64,000 bases of DNA. It comes from Squalus acanthias. Taxonomy: Eukaryota. The number at the start of each line of letters is the position of its first letter. The stretch's first letter is position 1. The translations under genes were made by a program, and so were the position numbers. The stretch covers positions 4,216,001 through 4,280,000 of the forward strand of contig JASTWF010000034.1 in NCBI GenBank assembly GCA_030390025.1, in the 5' to 3' direction. The notes below the pieces were generated by a model, which was given only the letters and a program-made list of their open reading frames with translations, was not told the DNA's origin and made no database searches. This document shows, piece after piece, positions 26,545 to 39,599 of the stretch.

Positions 26545-29500
26545 TTAGTGGGCCAGTGAGCTGCTGGTTTAGTGGGCCAGTGAGCTGCTGGTTTATTCGG
26601 CCAGTGAGCTGCTGGTTTATTGGGCCAGTGAGCTGCTGGTTTAGTGGGGAGGTGAGCTGCTGGTTTATTGTGTCAGTGAGCTGCTGGTTTAGTGGGCCAG
26701 TGAGCTGCTGGTTTCGTGGGTCAGTGAGCTGCTGGTTTATTCGGCCAGTGAGCTGCTGGTTTAGTCGGGAGGTGAGCTGTCGGTTTATGGGCCAGTGAGC
26801 TGCTGATTTAGTGGGCCAGTGAGCAGCCGGTTTAGTGGGCCAGTGAGCTTCTGGTTTAGTGGGTCATAGAGCTTCCGGTTTAGTGGGCCAGTGAGCTGCC
26901 GGTATAGTGGGCCAGGGAGCTGCTGGTTTAGTGGGCTATTGAGCTGCCGGTTTAGCGGGACAGTGACTGCTGGTTTAGTGAGCCAGTGAGCTGCTGGTTT
27001 AGTGGGCCAGTGAGCTGCTGGTTTAGTGGGGAGTTGAGCTGCTGGTTTAGTGGGGAGTTGAGCTGCTGGTTTAGTGTGCCAGTGAGCTGCTGGTTTAGTG
27101 GGCCAGTGAGCTGCTGGTTTAGTGGGCCAGTGAGCTGCTGGTTTAGTGATCCAGTGAGCTGCTGGTTTAGTTGGCCAGTGAGCTGCTGGTTTAGTGGGCC
27201 AGTGAGCTGCTGGTTTATTGTGCCAGTGAGCTGCTGGTTTATTGGGCCAGTGAGCTGTCGGTTTATTGGGGAGGTGAGCTGCTGGTTTAGTTGGCCGGTG
27301 AGCTGCTGGTTTAGTGGGCCGGGGAGCTGTTGGTTTAGTGGGCCAGGGAGCTGCTGGTTTAGTGAGCAGTGAGCTGCTGGTTAAGTGGGGATGTGAGCTG
27401 CTGGTTTAGTGGGGAGGTGAGCTGCTGGTTTAGTGGGGAGGTGAGATGCTGTTTTTGTGTGCCAGTGAGCTGCTGGTTTAGCGGGGAGGTGTGCTGCTGG
27501 GTAAGTGGGCCAGTGAGCTGCTGGTTTAGTGGGCCAGTGAGCTGCTGGTTTAGTGGGCCAGTGAGCTGCTGGTTTAGTGGGCCAGTGAGCTGCTGGTTTA
27601 TTCGGCCAGTGAGCTGCTGGTTTATTGGGCCAGCGAGCTGCTGGTTTAGTGGGGAGGTGAGCTGCTGGTTTATTGTGTCAGTGAGCTGCTGGTTTAGTGG
27701 GCCAGTGAGCTGCTGGTTTCGTGGGTCAGTGAGCTGCTGGTTTATTCGGCCAGTGAGCTGCTGGTTTAGTGGGGAGGTGAGCTGTCGGTTTATGGGCCAG
27801 TGAGCTGCTGATTTAGTGGGCCAGTGAGCTGCCGGTTTAGTGGGCTATTGAGCTGCCGGTTTAGCGGGACAGTGACTGCTGGTTTAGTGAGCCAGTGAGC
27901 TGCTGGTTTAGTGGGCCAGTGAGCTGCTGGTTTAGTGGGGAGTTGAGCTGCTGGTTTAGTGGGGAGTTGAGCTGCTGGTTTAGTGTGCCAGTGAGCTGCT
28001 GGTTTAGTGGGCCAGTGAGCTGCTGGTTTAGTGGGCCAGTGAGCTGCTGGTTTAGTGGGCCAGTGAGCTGCTGGTTTCGTGGGTCAGTGAGCTGCTGGTT
28101 TATTCGGCCAGTGAGCTGCTGGTTTAGTGGGGAGGTGAGCTGTCGGTTTATGGGCCAGTGAGCTGCTGATTTAGTGGGCCAGTGAGCTGCCGGTTTAGTG
28201 GGCCAGTGAGCTTCTGGTTTAGTGGGTCATAGAGCTTCCGGTTTAGTGGGCCAGTGAGCTGCCGGTTTAGTGGGCCAGGGAGCTGCTGGTTTAGTGGGCT
28301 ATTGAGCTGCCGGTTTAGCGGGACAGTGACTGCTGGTTTAGTGAGCCAGTGAGCTGCTGGTTTAGTGGGCCAGTGAGCTGCTGGTTTAGTGGGGAGTTGA
28401 GCTGCTGGTTTAGTGGGGAGTTGAGCTGCTGGTTTAGTGTGCCAGTGAGCTGCTGGTTTAGTGGGCCAGTGAGCTGCTGGTTTAGTGGGCCAGTGAGCTG
28501 CTGGTTTAGTGGGCCAGTGAGCTGCTGGTTTAGTGGGCAGTGAGCTGCTGGTTTAGTGGGACAGTGAGCTGCTGGTTTAGTGGGCCAGTGAGCTGCTGGT
28601 TTAGTGGGCCAGTGAGCTGCTGGTTTAGTGGGCCAGTGAGCTGCTGGTTTAGTGGGTCAGTGAGCTGCTGGTTTAGTGGGCCAGTGAGCTGCTGGTTTAG
28701 TGGGTCAGTGAGCTGCTGGTTTAGTGGGCCAGTGAGCTGCTGGTTTAGTGGGCCAGTGAGCTGCTGGTTTAGTGGGCCAGGGAGCTGCTGGTTTAGTGGG
28801 CCAGGGAGCTGCTGGTTTAGTGGGCCAGTGAGCTGCTGGTTTAGTGGGACAGTGAGCTGCTGGTTTAGTGGGCCAGTGAGCTGCTGGTTTAGTGGGCCAG
28901 TGAGCTGCTGGTTTAGTGGGCCAGTGAGCTGCTGGTTTAGTGGGCAGTGAGCTGCTGGTTTAGTGGGCCAGTGAGCTGCTGGTTTAGTGGGCCAGTGAGC
29001 TGCTGGTTTATTGGGGAGGTGAGCTGCTGGTTTAGTTGGCCGGTGAGCTGCTGGTTTAGTGGGCCAGTGAGCTGCTGGTTTAGTGGGCCAGTGAGCTGCT
29101 GGTTTAGTGGGCCATTGAGCTGCTGGTTTATTGGGCCAGTGAGCTGCTGGTTTATTGTGCCAGTGAGCTGCTGGTTTATTGGGCCAGTGAGCTGTCGGTT
29201 TATTGGGGAGGTGAGCTGCTGGTTTAGTTGGCCGGTGAGCTGCTGGTTTAGTGGGCCAGGGAGCTGCTGGTTTAGTGAGCAGTGAGCTGCTGGTTAAGTG
29301 GGTAGGTGAGCTGCTGGTTTAGTGGGGAGGTGAGCTGCTGGTTTAGTGGGGAGGTGAGATGCTGTTTTTGTGTGCCAGTGAGCTGCTGGTTTAGCGTGCC
29401 AGTGAGCTGCTGGTTTAGTGGGCCAGGGAGCTGCTGGTTTAGCGGGGAGGTGTGCTGCTGGGTAAGTGGGCCAGTGAGCTGCTGGTTTAGTGGGCCAGTG

Positions 29501-31756
29501 AGCTGCTGGTTTAGTGGGCCAGTGAGCTGCTGGTTTATTCGGCCAGTGAGCTGCTGGTTTATTGGGCCAGTGAGCTGCTGGTTTAGTGGGGAGGTGAGCT
29601 GCCGGTTTAGTGGGTCAGTGAGCTGCTGGTTTAGTGGGCCAGTGAGCTGCTGGTTTAGTGGGTCAGTGAGCTGCTGGTTTAGTGGGTCAGTGAGCTGCTG
29701 GTTTATTCGGCCAGTGAGCATCTGGTTTAGTGGGGAGTTGAGCTGCTGGTTTAGTCTGCCAGTGAGCTGCTGTTTTAGTGGGCCAGTGAGCTGCTGGTTT
29801 AGTGGGCTATTGAGCTGCCGGTTTAGCGGGACAGTGACTGCTGGTTTAGTGATCCAGTGAGCTGCTGGTTTAGTTGGCCAGTGAGCTGCTGGTTTAGTGG
29901 GCCAGTGAGCTGCTGGTTTAGTGGGCCAGGGAGCTGCTGGTTTAGTGGGCTATTGAGCTGCCGGTTTAGCGGGACAGTGACTGCTGGTTTAGTGATCCAG
30001 TGAGCTGCTGGTTTAGTTGGCCAGTGAGCTGCTGGTTTAGTGGGCCAGTGTGCTGCCGGTTTATTGGGTCAGTGAGCTGCCGGTTTAGTGGGCCAGTGAG
30101 CTGCTGGTTTAGTGGGTCAGTGAGCTGCTGGTTTAGTGGGCCAGTGAGCTGCTGGTTTAGTGGGCCAGTGAGTTGCCGGTTTAGTGGGCCAGGGAGCTGC
30201 TGGTTTACTGGGCCAGGGAGCTGCTTTTTTCGTGGGCCAGGGAGCTGCTGGTTTAGTGGGACAGGGAGCTGCTGGTTTAGTGGGCCAGGGAGCTGCTGGT
30301 TCAGTGGGCAAGTGAGCTGCTGGTTCAGTGGGCCAGTGAGCTGCTGGTTTAGTGGGCCAGTGAGCTGCTGGTTTAGTGGGCCAGTGAGGTGCTGGTTTAG
30401 TGGGCCAGTGAGCTGCTGGTTTATTGGGGAGGTGAGCTGCTGGTTTAGTTGGCCGGTGAGCTGCTGGTTTAGTGGGCCAGTGAGCTGCTGGTTTAGTGGG
30501 CCAGTGAGCTGCTGGTTTAGTGGGCCAGTGAGCTGCTGGTTTATTGGGCCAGTGAGCTGCTGGTTTATTGTGCCAGTGAGCTGCTGGTTTATTGGGCCAG
30601 TGAGCTGTCGGTTTATTGGGGAGGTGAGCTGCTGGTTTAGTTGGCCGGTGAGCTGCTGGTTTAGTGGGCCAGGGAGCTGCTGGTTTAGTGAGCAGTGAGC
30701 TGCTGGTTAAGTGGGTAGGTGAGCTGCTGGTTTAGTGGGGAGGTGAGCTGCTGGTTTAGTGGGGAGGTGAGATGCTGTTTTTGTGTGCCAGTGAGCTGCT
30801 GGTTTAGCGTGCCAGTGAGCTGCTGGTTTAGTGGGCCAGGGAGCTGCTGGTTTAGCGGGGAGGTGTGCTGCTGGGTAAGTGGGCCAGTGAGCTGCTGGTT
30901 TAGTGGGCCAGTGAGCTGCTGGTTTAGTGGGCCAGTGAGCTGCTGGTTTATTCGGCCAGTGAGCTGCTGGTTTATTGGGCCAGTGAGCTGCTGGTTTAGT
31001 GGGGAGGTGAGCTGCTGGTTTAGTGGGTCAGTGAGCTGCTGGTTTAGTGGGCCAGTGAGCTGCTGGTTTAGTGGGTCAGTGAGCTGCTGGTTTAGTGGGT
31101 CAGTGAGCTGCTGGTTTATTCGGCCAGTGAGCATCTGGTTTAGTGGGGAGTTGAGCTGCTGGTTTAGTGTGCCAGTGAGCTGCTGTTTTAGTGGGCCAGT
31201 GAGCTGCTGGTTTAGTGGGCTATTGAGCTGCCGGTTTAGCGGGACAGTGACTGCTGGTTTAGTGATCCAGTGAGCTGCTGGTTTAGTTGGCCAGTGAGCT
31301 GCTGGTTTAGTGGGCCAGTGAGCTGCTGGTTTAGTGGGCCAGTGAGCTGCTGTTTTAGTGGGCCAGTGAGTTGCCGGTTTAGTGGGACAGTGACTGCTGG
31401 TTTAGTGGGACAGTGAGCTGCTGGTTTAGTGGGACAGTGAGCTGCTGGTTTAGCGGGACAGTGAGCTGCTGGTTTAGTGGACCAGGAGCTGCTGTTTAGT
31501 GGGCGAGTGAGCTGCTGTTTAAGTGGGCCAAGGAGCTGCTGGTTTAGTGGGCCAGTGAGCTGCTGGTTTAGTGGGCCAGTGAGCTGCTGGTTTAGTGGGC
31601 CAGGGAGCTGCTGGTTCAGTGGGCCAGGGAGCTGCTGGTTTAGTGGGCCAGTGAGCTGCTGGTTTAGTGGGCCAGTGAGCTGCTGGTTTAGTGGGCCAGT
31701 GAGCTGCTGGTTTAGTGGGCCAGTGAGCTGCTGGTTTAGTGGGGATGTGAGCTGTT
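26545..31756 (-). repeat. Same 24-bp minisatellite in inverted orientation
   Basis: (GCTGCTGGTTTAGTGGGCCAGTGA)n on +. Confidence 0.97.
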
Positions 31757-32076
31757 ATTAGTCGTTGTGCTTGTCCATTAATCTCTGTTCGTGTTTTCGT
31801 TACTCTCCCACACAGGAGTGTTAATTACCTGCTTCTGTAACCTTCAAACCCTGACAGCTTCCAATGTCCTTTACAGAAGGGACTAATTCTCTGGCCACAC
31901 TCCCCAGCAGTCCTCCAGACACCCTGCTGGCATTAAATTCAATCTTCAAACTCACCCATGCTCGGCAGCAGATGTGTGTCTATCTGGAGTGTGTTTTAAC
32001 CTAACTTAATCACTAGGTATTCGCGCTTAATATTGAAATAATTCTATATGTCAACCAGTGTATTCTATTTAATAAT

Positions 32077-32810
32077 CTATACATACCAATACTTACAAGA
32101 ACTTTTAAAATGTCTGCTGTCAGAGAGAATTTGCTGGTGTTTCAGCTGACTGGATGACCTTGTGAATCCCTTCACACACACGGAGCAGGTGAACGGATTC
32201 TCTCCACTGTGAACATGCTGGTGTTCAATGAGGTGGGATGACTGAATCTCTTCCCACAGTAAAAGCAACTGAACAGTCTCTCGTCAGTGTGAACTCGCTG
32301 GTGTTTCAGCAGACTGGATGACCGACTTAATCCCTTCCCACATACGGAGCGGGTCAACAGTCTCTCCCCAGTGTGACTGCGCTGATGAATTTGCATCTCA
32401 GATGGATAATTGAATCCCTTCTCACAGTCTCCACATTCCTACGGTTACTCCATGGTCTTTCTTTCTCTCCAGGTTGGACGATCGGTTGAAGCCTCGTCCA
32501 CAAACAGAACACGTGTACGGTTTCTCCCCGCTGTGAATGGTGTGAAGTTTTTTCAGGCTGTGTAGCTGGTTACAGCTCTCTCCACAGTCAGTGCACAGGA
32601 ACACTCTCGCTCAAGTGTGAATGGGTCTCGGTGCTTTCCCAGTCACAAGGTGTTTGAAATCCTTTCCCAAACACAAGAACAGAGAAAGATTTCTCCTTCC
32701 GCATTCAAAGACCGATGATATTCAGGTCCTGATGAATCGAGTGACTGTCAGATCCTGGCGTGATGTTTGGTTTGAGTTTCTTGTCTACAAATCCTCCCCT
32801 TCTAATACCC
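32077..32810 (-). pseudogene. C2H2 zinc-finger exon, disabled paralogue of 14151-14804
   Basis: [46 protein letters not shown] and [12 protein letters not shown] spread over three frames. Confidence 0.85.
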
Positions 32811-33032
32811 TGTAAAAAGGAGATTACAAAAGTCATCACTCTAAGTACAGAACAGAAATTCAGAACAGACAATTCTAGTTTCTATGGAACAATCTCTTGT
32901 TTCCCCCAAAAGTTGTAAATTCCTGCCCCACACCCTCTCACTCTCCGTGCTGAAATCCTTACCCATTGCATCATATGTTTGCCCCTCTGCCACTCTCTCC
33001 CTGTCTCTGCTCGGCTCCAGTTCTACAGCCCC

Positions 33033-33495
33033 TGTGTGCGAGGAGTATGATGGAATACTCTCCACTTGCCTTGATGCGTACTGCTCCAACAACACTCAAG
33101 AAGCTCAACACCATCCAGGACAAAGCAGCCCGCTATATTGACACACCATCCATCACCTTAAACATTCACTCACTTCACCACCGGCGTACCGTGGCAGCAG
33201 TGTGTACCATCTACAAAATGCACTGCATCAACTCGCCAAGGCTTCTTCGGCAGCATCTCCCAAACCTGCGACCTTTGCACCTAGAAGGACAAGGGCAGCA
33301 GGCGCATCGGAACACCACCACCTCCAAGTTCCCCTCCAAGTCACACAATCCTGAATTGGAAGTATATCGCCGATCCTTCATCGTCGCCGAGTCAAAATCC
33401 TGGAACTCCCTCCCTGACAGCACAGTGGGAGTACCTTCACCACATGGACTGCAGCGGTTTAAGAAGGCGAATCACCACCACCTTCTCAAGGGAAT
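33033..33495 (+). mobile_element. 3' fragment of a CR1/L2-group LINE
   Basis: RSMMEYSPLA, IQDKAARYI and SWNSLP. Confidence 0.85.
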
Positions 33496-33519
33496 TAAAA
33501 AAGTGTTCCTGCTGCAGCT

Positions 33520-34110
33520 GCATTGCGAGAGAGGAGCGCATGCGCCCTGACCCCATACTGTCCAAGATGGCGGCGCGGGGCCAAGGCCCGCCTTCCTTCA
33601 GCAAGATGGCGGCCGGTTGCCTGGGTAACCCGGCCCTGTCGCCGAGGAGAAATCCTCTTACAAGATGGCGGACAGTCGCTCCGCTCACCCCGGCGGCCGG
33701 GCCTGGCGGCGCTGCGAAAACACGGACCCTGCGGTATCTTATTCGGGGCCTGAGGCCTACGCCGGGTGTTTTTGAATCTTCCCAGTCCAGCCGCGGCGCC
33801 AATTCCTCCCCGGCCGCTACAATCTCCTCCCGCCTCTTCAGCCGCTTGTTCGGCCATTAGTACAACAGGAAATACTCTGACGAAGGTCAAGACCTGAAAC
33901 GTTCATTCTGCTTCTCTCTGCTGAATGCTCCGATTGTTTCCGTCATTACTCCTGCACGTCACCACGCGCACTGCGCATGCTCGGAGCAACCCCCGCCCCC
34001 CCCCTTCGCGCCTGCGCACTGGGCTCCTGTAGTCATTGATCGGACACTTTCTACCGCGCGGGGGATCCTGGGTAAGCACACCGCCATTGAAAGCTCCAAT
34101 TGGTGAAGAG
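33520..34110 (-). promoter_or_regulatory. CpG-island promoter and probable first exon of the right zinc-finger pseudogene
   Basis: CpG-dense; three caagatggcg YY1-like sites; NRF1-like sites; GC box at ~33990; possible donor gtgagc on the minus strand at ~33683-33688. Confidence 0.65.
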
Positions 34111-36240
34111 ATCATTCACATTTTCAGTTTGGGCCTTTGTTCACTACCTGTAGCGGGGTGACATTAAGTTGCCCTAGTGTCACCAGACGGGGACATTAAA
34201 CCTTTAAGGCAATTGTCCCAGCGCACCACAAATGTCCAGTAACAGTTCTAAGGAAGGGACCTCGACCCAAAACGTTGACTCTGTTTCTCTCTCCTCGATG
34301 CTGCCTGATCTACTGAGTGTTTTCAACATGTTCTGTTGTTATTCCAGTAATATGTATGTACAATACAGCCACACACACACACACACAAACAATAATTAAA
34401 TCACAATGTGATTGTGAGGATCGATTATCACCTCACTGACCTGCAGTGCCCTCTGGTCACGGAAGATATCGTACCTACCAGTGAACACTGCAGTCACCCT
34501 CTCCAGAGCCACCTGGGCACGGACAAGACCGCGGAACTGAGGCAGGAAGCCAGAGACACCCTCGCACCCGATGGACCCCGCCCACCCTGAACCTACAAAT
34601 TGCTGTTTCAGCCAAGCCCAAGTGCAGGTCCAGGAGAAGATCCGCCGCCTTACTCACCCCACTCTGCACCAGGCGGCCAAAGATTAGGAGCCTGGGGCTA
34701 AAATGTAACCAATAGCTGAGGAGCTGCCACTTCAGGTAACGATACAGAGGCTGCAACCTCTCACACTGAAAATACATATGGCCCCTGGACTCGTCAAGGC
34801 CGTAAAAATCACGGCCGGAATTGTGCCTACCTGGGCAGGTCCGGTGGGGGAGGTGGCCATGGCAGGTCGTGACCCAACTGCTGGCTCCAGCCCGCTGCTG
34901 AAATTAACTTTACGTTAATGGGGCATATTGAGCCCGCCCAGTGCGTTACCCAGGACAATTAGACGGGTCTGGTCTGTTGACGTCATCGATGACGCGTTTT
35001 CAGCCGTGATCTTTAAAGGGGCCACGGCCACATTGGATTTGAATGTCAATGTAACATAGTGCTGTCAGTGCACTACAGCATTGGAGTGCTGCAAACACTA
35101 ACAATGACTGCACATAGGCAGAGGGAGTCAAAGCATTCAGGGTGGTCCTCTTCTCTTCCAATGGACGGAAGAGACCTCTCCAGGACACCAAAACAGCCTG
35201 GTTGGAGATTGCAGAGGGGGTCACCAGCAGGGATGTTGTCAGGAAGACCTGGGTGCAGTGCCACAAACGTTTCAATAATCTCATTAGATCAGGAAATATG
35301 AGTACAAAGCTGCACTCACCTTCATCTTGCTGTGACCCTCATCACACCCACATCACTCTGCCTTCCCAACTCTATCTCTGCACAGTGTTACACACAACAA
35401 CATACCTTGCACGTCCACCCATCCCTCTCTTTTTATTTACATTATCTCACTAGCTCCAATAGAAATATCTGGAATCGCCGAGCAGCTGGAGTTGGGAGAC
35501 GGAGCAAGTGGGACATCTCGGCAACCTGGTGACAGAATTACATATCATAAAGCTACATGGCATACATCCGTCACTCATATGGGCACTCATCTCACTGAAT
35601 GGTCATCGTGTGCATAATGATATCTGTACCCATTCTTCATATGACATATCCAACTCATATCTTCACTCTTCCACACGTCCATCAAGAGCTCCCCCCTCCA
35701 CTGTCCAGGAGGAAGAGGAAGAGGACTCCTCAGTGGAGCCTCCAGCCTCTGAGGGCGCACCATCACCAGACATAAGCTCACCCAACACAAGGGCAGACAC
35801 GCAAACCTCGGTGAGTCCCACACGAGATAGAGTAGTGTTGTAACCTGGTGTCTCATAACTTACAAGTGTGCAAGAGCAGATGGTGGACACAGGGACAGCA
35901 GTGGAGACTCCTTGCCTTAGGGCGCAGGGCGCTCCCAGCTCTGCTCAGCTGCATGCAGACGCTGAGCCTCGGGGGCCATCCAGAAAGAGGGCGATCCTGG
36001 AGGTGCAGCAAGAAGTGCAGGGGGGCTCTGACAGGTTTTACGAGCGCGATGACTACAAATGTTCAGAGAATGGAGGAGCCCATCTGCAACATGACCACCA
36101 GCATGTCACAGCCCATGGTGACTGTAGGCTCCTCCATGGATAGGATGGGCAGCTACATGGAGCAGCTAATGTGCCAGTCGGAGGAACACATGATCTTTAT
36201 CGAGGATAGATGGCTATGTATAGAGAATAGATAAAAAGCA

Positions 36241-37185
36241 TCTGCCATCTATTCTCTATTGGTCATGATGTGGAGATGCCGGCGTTGGACTTGGGTGGAC
36301 AAAATGAGTCGCACAACCAGGTTATAGTCAAGATTTATTAAATTACAAGCTTTCGGAGCTGTCGCCCCTTCCTCAGGTAGAGTTACTGTGAGACAATCTA
36401 TTAGAATTCACAGAAACTAAACACAGAGAAAATGCATTCAATCTTTCCCTACATCAAAGACACACTAAGAGCACAGCCAAGACAATGAGATGTGTCCCAG
36501 GGGGTCCAACGTGTCAAAACACCTGCTGGCTGCATATCCTCTCCATTTGGGTTTGTTTATTGTGTTTGTTTTTTTAAAAGCTGGAAAGACCGGCAACGAT
36601 GTCAAGTCACGTTCTGTATCGTGACATGAACCCGATATCCCGATTGAGGCCATCCTCATGAGTGCGGAACTTGGCTATCAGTTTCTGCTCGATGATTTTG
36701 CGTTGTCGTGTATCCCGAAGGCCGCCTTGGAGAAGATAGCCAAGTTCCGCACTCATGAGGATGGCCTCAATCGGGATATCGGGTTCATGTCACGATACAG
36801 AACGTGACTTGACATCGTTGCCGGTCTTTCCAGCTTTTTAAAAAAACAAACACAAGAAACAAACCCAAATGGAGAGGATATGCAGCCAGCAGGTGTTTTG
36901 ACACGTTGGACCCCCTGGGACACATCTCATTGTCTTGGCTGTGCTCTTAGTGTGTCTTTGATGTAGGGAAAGATTGAATGCATTTTCTCTGTGTTTAGTT
37001 TCTGTGAATTCTAATAGATTGTCTCACAGTAACTCTACCTGAGGAAGGGGCGACAGCTCCGAAAGCTTGTAATTTTAAATAAATCTGTTGGACTATAACC
37101 TGGTGTTGTGCGACTTCTCATTTTTGTCCACCCAAGTCCAACGCCGGCATCTCCACATCATGACCAATAGAGAATAGATGGCAGA
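36241..37185. mobile_element. Penelope-like element 3' end in fold-back (inverted) arrangement
   Basis: Arms 36241-36679 and 36735-37185 with a 55-nt spacer; minus strand reads LQGGLRDTRQRKIIEQKLIAKFRTHEDGLNRDIGFMSRYRT*, resembling a GIY-YIG C-terminus; hammerhead core in each arm. Confidence 0.85.
37039..37071 (+). ncRNA. Minimal hammerhead ribozyme motif (PLE type); mirror copy at ~36345-36376 (-)
   Basis: CUGAGGA-A-GGGGC/GACA/GCUCC-GAAA-GCUU; palindromic AAGCUU in place of stem III. Confidence 0.6.
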
Positions 37186-39055
37186 GGCTCATAGACCTCC
37201 TCTCTAAGAGTGATGTCAGCATAGACGTGGGTCCTCATGGCCTCACTTCTGTGCAGCAAGGTGCTCTCCACCTCCTTGGCAGCAGGGAAGTGAGCAGGCT
37301 GCCTCTACCTCTGCTGAAGCCACAGGGCTAGCTCCTCGTAGATACATGCAGAAGAGAAAGATGACACACAAGTGTAAGATCTCTATGATCTCCCAGATGC
37401 CTTGGAGAAGACACCAATAGGAAGCGGCCAGTATATTTGAGCAATAGATCAAGATTTATTAAGCTTACAGCGTAATAGACTGAACAGCAGGCGATAGTTT
37501 AACGAGTAGCTCGCAGCCCTTGGACTCTGGAACCTCTCGGACACAAGTGACGTCGTCTTCAGTCCGTTCCTTTGTTCTTGCAGTAGGTCTGTGTAAAGTT
37601 GTTTTTCGAGTGTCAAGGTTTTAACCCATATGTTTTGGGCATTGTCCATATATGGCCTTTAACAAAATCACCTATTTTAATAGGTTGTAATGGTCAAAAC
37701 ACCATTGTCACTCAGACTAAGTTTAGCATCCTGGCCCCGCCTTTCCAGTATTTGTCCTACAACTTTACCCTGTTCATCGTCATCTTGTTTATAGTTCTTC
37801 ACCCCATTGGAATTTATCTCATCTCTCTCATTTCTAGCTTCCCTGGTACAGGCAGTACAAGGCCTCATAAGCTGCGTCAGCTGCGATACTGTCCGTTATC
37901 AGAGCTACTCTTGACTGGTCCTGGCTGTCTTTGCAGTTACATTTGGAGCAAGCCTCAGCAATTTATGCACAAGTCATTAAAGTTCACACTCAATATGGAT
38001 ATTTGGTTAATGTGAAGTTCACTATTCTACACTCACACTTATACATGTTATTACAAAAAACATCCAAGTATCAGTCTTTCGTACACAGGTATAATTCACA
38101 AGGGTAGCCACTTGGGTGTTTTATCGAATGTTTATATAAAGTTTCCGTTAATGTACTGTCAAACATCAAAATCCATATTTTCAACACTTTCCGGTCTTGG
38201 ACAGATGTGTGTGCACCTTTGCAAGTGGATTAATGAGATACAGTGAATGGTGAGACATAACGGTACCTCCAGCAATGGTGGTGAGTGTGAAAGGAACGGC
38301 TTGGTCATTGCAGGGATGCTTTACGGTGTTGCTGTGGGGTGGTGCCAACCTGGAGCATCATGTGGCAGCTGCAAGGGTGAACAGCGTCAAGTGAAGTAAA
38401 TCTCTCCATGGTGAGGCCAGCCCTGGTCTGCGGGACAGCAATGTGCTCGGGTGCTGATGCGCTCTGTCCTCTGCAGCATCAAGTGATTGCGGAGAAGGTT
38501 GGTGGTGTTGTTGTTGGTGCTGCTGGTGTGCCTGATGCTGCTGGTGTTGGGGCTCATCGTGGTCAGATTCTGAGGACCAAGGTGAGACAGTATAAACGGC
38601 ATCCATGCTGATGGAATAGATGGCAGGTGAAGTAGAGATGACAGAAGCAATCTGTCAATAGTGAGAGAGATTCTCCCAATGAGGTGACACTGGATGGAGA
38701 CTTTGCTGGAAAGGCTCTAACCTGCAGAATCTGTGCTGAGAATGCAGTGAGAAACAGCTTCTGCTGAGGAAAGTATCAGCTGTCAGGTTAGAGTTTTGCT
38801 ATACATTTGATGCTGTCAAGTAATCAGCTGGAGTAATGGCAACTGAAATCCTGCCTCAGGTTGACAGATGTGGTTCCCGAGCAGCGTGTTTCCCATGTCC
38901 ATCCAGTTAAATTTAAGGTTAAGGTTAAAGCCACTCTTAAAGGTCTGACAACCAGCTAATAATAATTTAAATTGGCTCGCCCGCCTCTGCCTTTCAGGTC
39001 GGATCTCCGCTGATAGATACGCTTGGGGGATAGGCGCGTGGGAGCGGGATGATAG

Positions 39056-39445
39056 CGAACACAGAGGCAAAATATTCATTTAAAACCTCACCTGCATCTT
39101 CCGGCTCTACACACAGATTGCCACTTTGGTCCCTAATGGGCACTACTCTTTCCCTGGTTATCACGTGGCAGATGAAATTTAAAACAGAAAAGTGCGAAGT
39201 GGTGACGATAACTCTATGATACATTTTGGTAGGAAGAACGAGGAGATGCAAGAGAAACTAAAGGGTACAATTCTAAAGGGGGTGCAGGAACAAAGGGACC
39301 TGGGGGTATATATGCACAAATCATTAAAGGTATCAGGGCAGGTTTAGAAAGTGGTTAAAAAAGCTTTCGGGATCCTGGGCTTCATAAATAGAGGCATAGA
39401 GTTGAAAGCAAGGATGTTATGATGAACCTTTATCAAACCCTGGTG
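39056..39445. mobile_element. Abutting CR1 fragments in both orientations
   Basis: Minus strand VVPIRDQSGNLCVEPEDAGEVLNEYFASVF; plus strand WQMKFKTEKCEV and RDLGV. Confidence 0.75.
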
Positions 39446-39599
39446 CGGCTCAGTTTCTCGGAGCCGCACTGCGCATGCTCTGCGCACTAAGGCGATCTCT
39501 TGGGGCTCTGCCCTCCCCGCGCCTGCGCGCCTTCTGATGCAGATAGGCCTTATTCTGCCGCGCAGAGCACTCTGGGTAGTATAATCCACCATTTGTCTT

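Larger units (their letters stand above)
34813..39055 (+). mobile_element. Non-autonomous Harbinger/PIF-type element, right copy
   Basis: Myb/SANT ORF remnants on + from ~35104 (WLEIAEGV...WVQCHKRFNNL). A convergent minus-strand ORF start at 38606 (Q/H-rich leader) may be a transposase N-terminus, but no DDE core is visible. The right terminus was not identified. Confidence 0.6.

Noticed and set aside
15127..31756. Strand-switching G-rich repeat as a telomere fusion
   Set aside because: The unit contains TTTAGTGGG, not TTAGGG, and the order (C-rich then G-rich) is opposite to an end-to-end fusion.
15243..31761. Many SCWFSGPV / LNQQLTGP repeat ORFs
   Set aside because: Translation by-products of a 24-bp (3n) satellite; frequent stops and frame breaks, no gene structure.
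33437..34115. Overlapping Arg/Ala/Pro-rich ORFs
   Set aside because: Expected in a GC-rich CpG island; no domain recognised.
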